Origin: Amoebidium appalachense
Lineage: Eukaryota; Protista; Ichthyosporea
DNA: 64,000 bases
Reading direction: 5' to 3'
Assembly (NCBI GenBank): GCA_963693365.1
Contig: CAVNZM010000017.1
Coordinates: forward strand, 2,035,027-2,099,026
How positions within the stretch are numbered: position 1 is the stretch's first letter; each line of letters begins with the position of its first letter. The notes below the pieces were generated by a model. That model did no database searches and was not told the DNA's origin. It saw only the letters and a program-made list of their open reading frames with translations. Positions 16,661-43,580 of the stretch are shown one piece after another. The position numbers were made by a program, and so were the translations under genes.

Positions 16661-17079
16661 GTTGCGCGCATGTGTCTGTGGTTCGTGCACGCGCTTAGGT
16701 TAGTACGGGGGGGGGGGGGGGGGGGGGGGGTGTTATCACAGTTCAAGCCGTTAGATGAAACATATCCGAACTAGAACTATCCCACCCACTCATAACAAAA
16801 CTAAAACAATGAAAGGTAAGACAATAGTTAAAGACTGTCTAGAACAGCAAGGGGTGCATAAATCACGGAAACGTGTGTGTGCATGCAACTGTGAATGTCT
16901 TGTGCCAATGTGGGTGTGAGCAAGTGTTCCTTTCGTGCGCATGTAACTGTAATATATGTGTGTGTGCCTGTGTCTGTGCAAGTGCATGTGTGTCCGTGTG
17001 AGAGTGTGTGCTTGTGTTTGTCCCTGTGTGTTTCCCTTTCTTTCTTTCTTCGTCCCTCTGTCTCTCTCTCCCCCCCCCC

Positions 17080-17129
<50 letters not shown>

Positions 17130-17570
17130 ACACACACCTTTTTTTTTCTCTTTTTTTTTGTGTGTGTGTGTATTGTTATTATTGTTGTTATTGTTACCTT
17201 TTGGGGGGAGGGGGGGGGGGGGGAGGGGGGGGGAGGGGGGGGGGGGGGGGGGGGTCACCTTTTACGTATTTGTTGATGACCTCCACGGTGTCTCTCTTCG
17301 GGTCGATGGAAATGAACAGCGGCTGCACCTTGTCGGCCACCTTGGCCTTCTCCAGCCGGTCCAATACATCCGCCATCTATTGTTCCGCCGTTAGCTTCAT
17401 ATGCTAATAATAGCACTAGGTGACTGTATTGCAGCTCTACCCGTGCCCCCCCCCCCCCCCCCCCCAAAAGCTTTGTCAGAGCGTACATGCAAACAAAAAG
17501 CTGCCGTGCCGTCACTGCAATGGGAAGAACCCAGACAGGGGCTGGTAAAGTGGTGGTGGTGGTGGTGGTG

Positions 17571-17636
<66 letters not shown>

Positions 17637-19040
17637 ATGTGTGTTGGGGGTGGGGCGGGGGAGGGGGAGGAGGGGGTAGGCGGTGAGGGGTCAAAGTGTA
17701 GGGAAGGGAGTGCACTTCGGAATAGCGGGGAAGGAGGGGAGGGGGGGAGGGGGGAGGGGGAGGCTGAAGGGGTTATCGGTTTTTGCACCCAAGCACTCGT
17801 GCTGTGTGTCTATTCTTCTATCCATGGGTGGGAAGAAGGGATGGGTGAGGTATTCTTAGAAACATGATAGCCACATAGACAGACAAAAGCAGGGCAGACA
17901 GATGACCATGGGCAAGAGGGGGGTGGGGTTGGGTGGGGGTGGGGGGGGAAGAGACGAACTGGGAGTTGTGCGTGTGTTTGAACACAAAACACGAGCCAGG
18001 GTAGAGGATGAGGTGAGTGGGTGTGTGGGTGGGTGGGTGGGTGTGTGGTGGTGTGTGTGTGTGTGGGGGGGGGGGTTGAATGCGGAACACGGTACGAAGT
18101 ACACATACACGATGAGAAGCATGGTGCAGGACACATGCAAAGGCAAACAGCCAAGTATGGGAACATCAGCAATGCGCACAGTATGCGTCATAAGCAGAGC
18201 CCATCCTCAGGGGAGAGGGGGGGGGGGGGAGTGAGAGAGATTGAGATAGGCACACCTTATTCAACTCATCGGGGCACACGTCGGGGCAGAAAGTGAAACC
18301 AAAGTAGACCAGCATCCACTTGCCCTGGAAGTCGGTGTCTGATACCTTCCTGCCTGTAATGGGCCATTAACGGTCAAATGCGGTCATATAAGAGAAATAG
18401 AACACTTTGCGTATGAAATTGAAATTTTTTTGTACGAATACAAATACAAATCGTTTTTAGAAAGAAGTTAACTCGCCCACATATACACATCGTCTCCAAG
18501 TACGAGTATAACTCTATGGGTACAAATACAAATCTGAAAGTACGTACATAACTCTTTGCGTACAAACACAAATCTTTGCATAGAAAACACACACAAAGAA
18601 TTGCTCGAACATACTCAAGAGCTCCATACTCAAGAGCTCTCACATGACCCCCAATATTCTCACGTCAACCCGTCTGCATAATCCCCCACGAACCCTCTTC
18701 CCCTATCCCCCCCCCTCCCCCCCCCCCCCCCCCATTTTCTCCCACTTCATTCTTCAGTGCTCGCTTCCTCACTTTCCTCGGCCTTCCTCCCGTGTCTAAA
18801 ATCCACCACCAACCCCCCCCCCCCCCCCCCCCCCCCCGGGTCTCCTTGTTTCCGCGAGCAACATCCTTACACACACACACACACACACTTAAACATTTCC
18901 TCGTTCCATTCAAACCATCCCCCCCCCCCCCCCCTCTTTTCTTGTCGACTCTATCTTGCTCCCTTGATCCTGCACAAAGCACACAGTTTCGTGCGTGTGT
19001 GTGCACGTAGGTGTGTGAGCGTGTGAGTATGTGAGTGCGA

Positions 19041-19099
<59 letters not shown>

Positions 19100-19326
19100 C
19101 ATGTGTGTGTGTGTCATGCCCACCCACCATTATGGTCGGTGAGGGTAAATGGCCCACCAATCCTCGGAACACCGATCGGCTTGGCCTGATGTGTAGCAGC
19201 TGCGGTGTGGTGCTATTATTAGCGCACACACAATAAAAAAAGCGCCCTTGCTATCACAAAGAATATTGCCGACACACCACTAGGAAGACACTCATCTTAG
19301 AAACCAAGCCCGTTTTTTTTTTTTTT

Positions 19327-19368
<42 letters not shown>

Positions 19369-19492
19369 AGGGGAGGGTTGCATGACCAACAATCCCTTCA
19401 TTCCGCCATGTTATAAAACTCCGCTTTTTGCTTTGCTTCTCGAGTTGAGATGTGGTGGTGGTGGTAATTGGTGGGTGTGTGGTGGTGGGGGA

Positions 19493-19554
<62 letters not shown>

Positions 19555-19757
19555 CGTGCGTGCGTGTGTGTGTGTGTATGGGGAGGGGGGGGGTGGGGTG
19601 GGACGGATGTAATGCATGATAGAGGTTACAAAATAAATTACGAGTTTTAGAGTCAGCATAAAAAAAAAGGAATTGACACCAGCTAGAGAGCCTCTAGAGG
19701 TCCCGGGGGGGGGGGGGGGGGGGGGGGAGGCGGGAAGGCGTGTTTGTGTTAGTGTGT

Positions 19758-19806
<49 letters not shown>

Positions 19807-20123
19807 TGGAAGGTGGCAGACCGGTGTGTGTGTGTGCGCGTGTACAAGTGCATCTTATTTACGTATGTGCTTTTTGTGCTTGCGTATGCTTGCGTGTGCT
19901 TGTTTGTATGGGCATGTGCGCATGTACATATGCACATGTACGTGTGTGTGCTTGTGTGTATGTGTGTGCTTGTGTGTGCAAAAACATACTCTCTTTGACC
20001 CTCTTCTTCTCCTCTCTGAAGTAGTAGGTCAGACCGGCACCCACAGCAAGAAACACTGCAAGGGACTTCCACGAAACAGGCTGTTATGTTGTGTGTGTGT
20101 GTGTGTGTGTTTCGTGTGTTCTT

Positions 20124-20159
<36 letters not shown>

Positions 20160-21002
20160 GAAGGGAGGAGGTGGGGGTGGGGGGGAAGAAGAACGAGGAG
20201 GATATGTGTAGAATGTGTGTAAGAGAAGAGTTTGGGTGGGTGGGTGGACGGGGGGAAGGGGGGGGGGGGGGGGGGGGAGGGGGGGGGAGTTAGAAAAGAA
20301 GGGCTCCCTCTGTGATCTTTCTCACAGAGGGCGGGAAGTGGGGAAGTGGAAGTCGGCCAGATGAAGCCCAATATGTAACTTTTTTGGGCCCCTCCCTCCT
20401 TCCCACCCATTCACCCACACGACCCCTCCCACTCGGGATTTCACCCACACACCATTGCGTCGGGTGGCAGAAAATGTAGGTTTTTTCTTACCCCAAGCAA
20501 AAACCAGAGCTGCCGTCTGACTCTCTCTCTGAAATCCCCCCCCCCCCCCCCCCCCCCCCCCTTCCCCCGGATTTAAACACATACACACGAAAACACAATC
20601 CCTCTCCCCACTCCATTTTCCAACCCCCGTCCCCCCTCTCCCCTCCCCCCACCACCACCAAACACACACACACACACCACCACCACAACCACCACCCCCT
20701 TCAACCATCACACACAGCTTCCCCGTGCATTCACAGTTTCTTAACTACACACACCTAAACCACCCATCAATTCAAATGGCGGAAAAACAACACTTGTCAA
20801 ATTAATCAAATACACTTACCCCACCCTTCAATTTCTCGGGCCCAACCGGTTCCACAGGTTCCGGCCCAGAGGACGTAGGAGGCCTTTCATTGGCCGGCTT
20901 GACTACACGCTTGCGCACTGGAAGTTGCGACTTTGGCGCTTGTGTTCTTTGGGGGAACGAGAATGTGGCAAACTTTTGTCGCTGGCCCATAAGCGCTAAT
21001 GG
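15809..21002 (-). CDS. SCO1: SCO1/SenC mitochondrial copper chaperone for cytochrome c oxidase; 5' exon(s) unresolved (candidate exon near 21772-21894, start probably below 22650)
   Basis: Phase-consistent exons 20820-21002, 19990-20080, 19128-19199, 18256-18353, 17259-17376, 16446-16568, 15809-15963 give GG|[21 protein letters not shown] (TM)...[12 protein letters not shown]...[15 protein letters not shown] (CxxxC)...[11 protein letters not shown]...[10 protein letters not shown]...YRV...[15 protein letters not shown] (Cu-binding His). Confidence 0.95.
18076..18212. repeat. Dispersed ~135-bp intronic repeat, copy A
   Basis: ttgaatgcggaacacggtac...gcatggtgcaggacacatgcaaaggcaaaca...gcagagcccatcctcaggg; close copies at 43582-43719 and 44035-44147. 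Confidence 0.9.
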
Positions 21003-21096
21003 CTGTGGTGCAAGTAGGAAAAGAAAAAGAATGGGGAAAATGAGTGAAAGAAGCCTAGAAAATCGAGAAACGAGACTCTGCATGTTTCCCTCGTAC

Positions 21097-21139
<43 letters not shown>

Positions 21140-21662
21140 GCCCCTCCGCACCTTCCTCCTCACCCACCTGTGCGCGCACAAAAAAAAACTCAAACACCAA
21201 ACCACATAACCACACACCCACCCACACACGAAGTGCACACACACATGGAAGTACACATTTGTACACACATATACCCTTCCAACTTCCAACTGCTCACTCA
21301 CTCAAACCCGGAAAAGCCCCCCCCCTCCCTCCCCCCAAAAATACACCCCCCTCCCCCCTCCCCCCACGTCCACACACAGGATTACACACGCACACAGTGT
21401 CTTCAGTGCGAAAAACGGAGAAAAAGTCGAAATGCGCTTGGCTCCTTCCCCTTGGTGTGTGTGCAAAAAAAGAGGGGGGGGAGTGGGGGGGCCGTATGTG
21501 TCTGTGTGTGGCAGCTGTGCAAGTGTGCGTCCGCGTACTCGAGCGTGCGTGTCGGTGTTTGGCATTTGTGTGTGTGTTTGTGTTTGTGTATGTGTGCGTG
21601 TGTGTGTGTATCCGTGTATGCATGTGTGCACACACACGCGCAGGCTCGTGTGTGTGGTGTGT

Positions 21663-21698
<36 letters not shown>

Positions 21699-22649
21699 TG
21701 TGTGTGTGGGTGTGTGGGTGTGTGTCTGCAACCGAAAGCACTATATGCAGCTAGCAACTTGAGTTACATACCTTGTTTGAATTTAGAGTACAAGCAGCCC
21801 TTGCCGTTACTCTTCCCAAAACAAGGCAGCGCGTCAACCCAAGACCTACCCAAGCAGCATGTTCGTTAACCAGAAAGAAAAACCCTCTATACCCCTGAAA
21901 TGAGCTTCCCCTTAGACAACAATAGGGAGACTAAAGTGTCACAATCGCACGTGTGTTATGTCAGGTCAGTAATGGATGGTGCATGGGTAACTGCTGCAAC
22001 CATCATAGCGGACAGATAAATGTCAGGCAAAAATGGATAAAACGGTGTATGTCGAGAATGAGGGAAATGCACTGTACAAAGTTGACAGGAAGGAAAGGAG
22101 AAGGTGTGTGTATGGGGGGGAGGGGGGGAGGAACAAGGGGGACAGGGGGGAGGGAGGAAGAGTGCGAGGGGGGGGGGGGGTAGGGGGGCATACCCACGCG
22201 CACGTGAGTGGTGTGTGTTTGTGTGTGTATGTGTGAGTGTGTGTGTTTGTGTGTGTGGGCGTGTGTGTGTGTGTGTGTGTATGTGTGTGCGTGCGAACTT
22301 GCGGGAGGAGCGAACGGGATTCATCATATGGAAGTAAGCAACAGAAATGAGCGACAGGTGCATTGTATTTGAAACTACACTCACGAACGTATGGAAAGGG
22401 GACACAAGGATGTTCCCAACGGTGCGCGTGCATGTGCAACGTCTATCACCGATGGAGCAGGATGCTTACTGGCCATTCTGTTGTTTCCAGCAAGGTTCTC
22501 TCTGTTTTCTCGTCTGCCTCTCCTTTCTGCCTATTCGTACATAGATAGTCTCTGCCCCCCCTTCTCTTTCCTGTTTCGCTCCTTCTTTTGGCCCCGCAAA
22601 CTTTGTAGAAAGGCTCAGCTCAGGCGGATTTCGGTAGAAGCCATGCACC

Positions 22650-23363
22650 GTCTTGCACTGCTCATTTCCATATTTACAAATTACGCGTATAATCGGCTCG
22701 CCCTTTCCCTTATATTTACTGACAAACCCCTTCTATGATATTGAATAACAATATGAACCCCAATTCATTTTCTAAATTTCTCTTGGACCGAGTTGGCAAA
22801 GGAATGCTTTACCCTCCTCTTGGAGCCAGAAATTGGCGGGAAATTTCGTGATAATCGTAAACACGACACAAAACCAGTCACTCACAACACCCACACACAC
22901 AGTCAGATCTGATGTTTAGTTGAAAGTTGGTAGCTATTATGTACTTAAACGTAGCAGCACTACCTCTGTAGCTAACTATTCTTGGTGTAGATTGCAAGCC
23001 TAATCCGTTGTCCGTGACAGGGGAAAAGCGTAGAGCCGAAGCACCGCATGATTCTTTGCATGTTGTTTTGGGGAATGATGAGTTGTGAGATTGGTCACGT
23101 TGGTTTTTAGATCTCCTGTTTATTTACGAGAGAAAAATTTAGTATAGAAACAACACCCGAAGTCCCTGAATGATTGATTGTACAAACGTTTGTACGCATT
23201 CACGGCACTGGTGCATCTTCATTCAATAGCTTGGAAACTATATGATCTCCTGCTTAGCCATCGTGTGTTAACAAGGAGACCATAAGGCTTCCCCTCTAGA
23301 TGTTTTTGCTGAAATAGAGAGACGATAACTCCAGCGTCGGCATTTTCTGCCCTCAGTATCAAC
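22650..23363. promoter_or_regulatory. Divergent intergenic/promoter region between SCO1 (-) and the ARID gene (+)
   Basis: Nearly repeat-free spacer between head-to-head genes; E2F-like GCGGGAAA at 22836-43; perfect 16-bp palindrome gtacaaacgtttgtac at 23180-95. Confidence 0.45.
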
Positions 23364-37796
<14,433 letters not shown>

Positions 37797-37976
37797 AGCC
37801 ATGCATTTGCACCGGAAGCGGCTGGTATATTTGATAAGTATTTCAAGAACTTTCTGGCATTAATATTTATGTGCTGTACGTGTTTGTTATTGTTGCATTA
37901 ATATTTATGTGCGTGACTTTGGCTTGGGGTTTGGAAATTCAGCAAGCATCTAATTTTCATGCAATTCTGTGGGTCG

Positions 37977-38030
<54 letters not shown>

Positions 38031-38463
38031 GATCGAAGTTTTGAGGCATGGCTGGCAAGTTGCACATATGCCACGGTACATGTGTGTGTGTGTGTATGCA
38101 TATTGCCAAACTTTTGATTGACGATTTTTCTGGGGTTTTCCGTGATGAAGTCGGGTTTTAAGCTTGCAACACTCTTCAATAGTTTGTACTTGTCTCTCTG
38201 CCTCGAGTAAACAGCGTAAACCCCAGTTAGAGTTTCTGTTTACGTAACTGACATGGCGTGGATACGTACCCAACAGGGTTGCTTGCAAGAATGTGATCTT
38301 TGCGCACCCGCACGTTAACTACAAACCTACGTAGATCCAGTTTGAACCCCAAGCCGACACAAGAGGGAGGCTCCGCATCGATATACCGATACTTTCGTGT
38401 CGTGGTAGAAAAGCAGTACCCATCCATGAATTTCATACGACGCTAGCAACAGTTGTGTGTGTG

Positions 38464-38525
<62 letters not shown>

Positions 38526-38869
38526 TTTTATTTAGATCAGGGCATCAGGCAGGGCTCAGAATGGTTGCAGAGTGCGATTGCTATAGACACCGCGAGACAG
38601 TCACTTAGATAGCTTCACCGAATATCCAACAAGATATCCCAAATACGAAAATTCAAAAGTAGGGCTTCAATGAGTTCATGCCATGTAAACTGTAAGTATG
38701 AAGTCAGCTACGGGGATTAACAACCGCAATATTTCGAACCATGCAAAAAGTAAAGTGCATAAAATATCATCGTTTCTGATACTTAGCAAAGTGTAATTTT
38801 GCGTACGTGACACCGTGTGTGTGTGTTGATGTGTGTTGCAGGCCAGGGATCGATATGGGGGCACCCCCG

Positions 38870-38901
<32 letters not shown>

Positions 38902-39035
38902 ATGGATGTATCCGATGATTTGAAACGGCTAAGCGGGTCACCTGGAAAACTCCCAGCATGTTTCGTAACCTTCCTTTTTGGTTTTGATTAAAAAGGAAAA
39001 AAAAAATAGAATGCGATTTGGGGAGGAGGGGAGGG

Positions 39036-39074
<39 letters not shown>

Positions 39075-39837
39075 CTTTGAAAACTATGATACAACATCCT
39101 GAGTACGTATTTTGTCGCGCCGGTGTGTGTATCGGGGAGAGAGAGGGGGAGGGGGGGGGGGGATGTATCATGCATATGCCGGAAATATTAATGGCGGAGC
39201 GGGGCACATGGAAAAATCCATTCAAAGCATGCGCATAAACCATTTTTTCTTTCTTTCTTCTTCAAAAATGAATAAAAATAGATTGCGGGAGAAAGGGGGG
39301 GGGGGGGGGATCGCCCTGAATAGCGGCTGCAGCCAAATTGGACGAAAGTGTTGGCAGCTCAAATTGTCACCACCCATGCTCGCATAGGAGGCAAATGAAA
39401 TGAAAAATTATGTGAAGACCACACTGATCCGGGATTGTATCTCATAGAGATACTATAAAAGGAAATGTCGTGGGCATGAGCTTACAAGTTGCTTTATATT
39501 CCATGCTCCCGGGCCCCAGGCAAGGGTGCTTTTATGTAAATCATATTTCCGCCCTATAAACTATCTCGTACCTATCTCGATTTCTCGAAGGACGAGGAAT
39601 TTTACTATGGCAACACGTCCACGTGGTTTTGTGGGTTACGTCCGTACAATGCACCTCTATGCTATATCATCCCATACTGAAACACCATATATCACGACAA
39701 AAGAAATTAAAGGCTAAGTTACATTGAGCATTATGATGTCAATGAATCAAATACCCGAGCCAAATACATGTTTGGTAGTTGGTCAAAAGAAACAGATCTG
39801 ATTGGTGTCCCACACGATTATAAAATTTAAATGGGTT

Positions 39838-40164
39838 TTAACCCACGCACTGAGCGGTGAAGGTCCAGTCGCCCTGGTTGACCATCTGGGTGGGGAACAC
39901 CAGCCAGCCGCGACCGTTCTCCTCCTTCGAGAATATGGTTGCCTTGATCTGCAGGGAAAAAGGTTTTGTTAGTGAAACATCCTTAAACCTTTTTGTCTCT
40001 CCTCTATCTCTCCCTGTTTTTGTGTATGTGTGTGTGTAGTCGTGGTGGCGGTGGGTTGGGGGGGTGGGGTGGGGGGGGGGGGGGGGGGGGAGGGGGGGGG
40101 GCAGAGATGAAAGTGTGGTGGTGTTATTGGTGATGAAAAATGCCGATCCATAATGGATCATTTC

Positions 40165-40233
<69 letters not shown>

Positions 40234-41268
40234 AGGAGGGTAAACCGCCAAACCAAAACCACACATTTCGACACCCCAACACCGAACAACAACATGCCCT
40301 GGACTAAGAAACTTTAAAACTCACCTGGAAGGAGTGTGTGCCGAACACCTTGCCGGCATAGGTGGTTGTTTCACCGTAGCAGGAGATTGTGCCGCCACCG
40401 GGGTTAACCAAATCGTTTGCAATCAGCGAACCGTTCACCACAGACACCTTGTAATTGAAGTCCACATCGCACGCACCATTAAGGCGAATGAACCGATCGC
40501 ACTCGTAGGGGGACCAACCTGCCTGGCAACGCACAAGCGGGCCGGTGATCGCGATTTCCATCTTTGTAGGGTCGAAATTTATGTTGACAAGCGAACGTCC
40601 ATGGTTACAGTTGTAAATAAACTTTCCGTACGAGGGAGAGTCAACAACGAGGCAGTATCCCGAATCGTCCGTTTGGATGGGGACGTTAAAAAGCAACCGC
40701 GCACGATCGAACCACTTTCCAAACGCGCCGATGTTTTGCATGCGGCCGGTGAATGCCTGCGTGGTGCTATAGCAGCTCGTGATAGGCTGAAGAGACTCAC
40801 ACCCACCACAATTGCCTACAGTACCATCTCCAGGGGCGGTGCACTGTGCGCTGCACGCGCACGTGAAACTTCCGGCGGTGTTGGTGCACGTAGCGTAAGG
40901 ATCGCAGTTGTGCGTGCGGTACGAACATTCGTTGTCGTCCCAGCACATTGTGCCGTTGCCGCTGTATCCCGCGTTACAGTTGCACGTGTAGTAGGTCTGT
41001 TGGTACGTGCACGTGGCGGATGCGTGGCACTGGTGTGTACCTCCGGTGCACGGATTCGCTGAGGAGAGAGGGAAAAAAGGGGTTAGATGGGTCAAAAATT
41101 TTCATTCGAAGGAACTCATTTCCATTGAAAAAGGATGTACGTTGGTTTGCTGGTAAATACGTCTACCTACTACCCCCCCTCCCCCACAAAGGGCCCGCAG
41201 GCCATAAATTTACTCACGTTACAGATTCACCACAGCGCGAACACACAACAACCACACATTCACCACCG

Positions 41269-41304
<36 letters not shown>

Positions 41305-42179
41305 AGAACAAACGCACCAACCGCATGCATTCACAGTCACGGGCGTTGCACCTACATCCAGTAAACTCGAAGTTAGCATCCACGGTACCACCATACGACA
41401 GATCGAGCACGCCAGAGCCAGTGCTACCCTGAAGATTCGTCTCCGTTTGACGGCGCCGACGCAGACCCTTCACCTTTACGTTGTCCTGTGTAGTTTTCCC
41501 GGGCTCCACAACGACTTCACGGCTCACATTGACAGATTCCTTGGCTGTCTCTTGCTCCCTTTCCTCTCCCTTATCAATAATTACCATATCGTCCACCTGT
41601 ATCCCTCCATTCTTCAAATCGATGGGCTGCGAAACCAACCCCTCAATCTCAACTTCGCCCGAACGGCGGCGACGTGAATTGAACACAGAACCGGAGGATG
41701 AAGTGGCGGTGGTCTCAGGGGGTGTGGAGGTGGGAGGGACGATTTGATAGTCACGTGCAAACACACGCACTTCGCACAGGGAGAGCTTTTTGTCTTGTCC
41801 AGGGAGCGAGATGCGGACCTTTTTGCCTGTCTGGCCGCAGCGGTAGCGTTGGAAAAGACGAGGGGCAAGGTTGGATTCCAGACCGCAAGTCTTGTTGTCC
41901 ACGGTGAGCTGTGTGTGTGTGTTGATGTGTTAGTTTGTGTGTGGAGGTATATGAAAATAAATGCGCGAGGGAGGGGTACTGGGCACGTGTGCACGGAGCA
42001 CAGAAGCGACGGGAAAAAGACGTACACAGGAGGTTCGCAAGAGAGAGAGAGAGACCGTAGCTAGCGCGCACACACACACACACACGCCAACCACGTGTGC
42101 CCTTGCAAGAAAACCAACAAATTGTGTGCAGAAATAAGACTCATTAGGCGGCTAACGGACAAACCTCGACTATCCAGTA

Positions 42180-42216
<37 letters not shown>

Positions 42217-43549
42217 CGTACCTGGAACCCATCCAGCGCATTTGCACTGCCGCTGAGCGCCGAAGCTTCACTGTTTGTGATGTCGACATAATCCACCAAT
42301 TGCAATCGGGGAAGCTCCACCTCCCACCACGGGTCTGCACTGGGGGTGGCGGCGGCGCATGTGTTTGGTGCAGTGTCGTTTTTGCAATCGGTGGCGAGAG
42401 TTGCCTCTTGCAGGGTGCTGCTTTGGATGGCAGGCAGGCCGCACGCTGCGGTGGGGTCCACTGCATGGGGAAATTTTCTGATGAGGAATTGTTTTTAACC
42501 TATTGCATTGAGTTACACAATTTACCCGGTGGGATCAAGGGATTTTGTGTGACAAGGGGATTTTGGTTGAAGGGAACATTCTGATGAACAACATTCATGT
42601 GTCCGCGTAAAGTTGTTTTGTAAAAGCTCGTATCTGTACGCTCGAGCAGTTAGTTTTCAAGTAATCGACGTATTTCTGCAGGGGATGGTGCGAGGAGGAG
42701 AACACATTCGGAACACATGTACCTAGACAAGTAAAGGGCTGTGATGCAAACTAACCCCCCATCTCTTTTGTGCTGGATGCAGATATGTGTTTTTTTTTCG
42801 TTTCCTTTTCTTTTATGGTGGTGGTGATGGTGGTAGCGGTGTGTGTGAAGGGCGTGGGGGGGGTGGGGTGAGGCATGGGTAGGTAATACCTTGTTGCAGA
42901 GTAAACAGATTAAAGGTCGTGCCGGGCACATCAGCACGTACGGTGCACTTCCTGAACAGCGTGCAGGTGAGGTAAGGAATCTTTGTGATGGGGTCTGACT
43001 CGGGGTAGAAGCCTCCGGCCGCACAGCTGGTCGTGTTCTTGCAGGCCATGACACACCCTTGTATGCCAGCATTTGCGTCGAGACGGACAGCGGCAATGAG
43101 CTCAGATACGTTGGCACAAACAGTTGGACCGGCAGACTCAAGGCGCCACACTGTTTTTTTTTTTTTTGTTTTTTTTTTTTGAGGGGAGGAGGTGGATGGG
43201 TGGGTGATGTGGGGGAGGGGAGGGAGACGGGGGGGGGGAGGAGGGATGTGAGGAAGAAAAAGAGAGAGATAGAGGGGGGGGGAGGGGGGGGGGGGGATGT
43301 TAGATTGTGACTACGTGGCCCTGAGAAGATGGTGGTGGTGAAGGGCCACCAGAATATTCCTGACACCATGCGACTTCCTTTATTTTAACTGACAAAAAAC
43401 GAATGACAAAGTGATATAGGGAAAGGAACAGCCGTGTTGTGTGTGAGTGTGCGCATGTACGCAGGTGCAAGCAAGCATGTTTGTGTGCGCAAGAGTGAAA
43501 ATTGTGTTGATGTGTTCGTGTATCAGAAATGGGTCTGGTGTGTGTGTGT

Positions 43550-43580
<31 letters not shown>

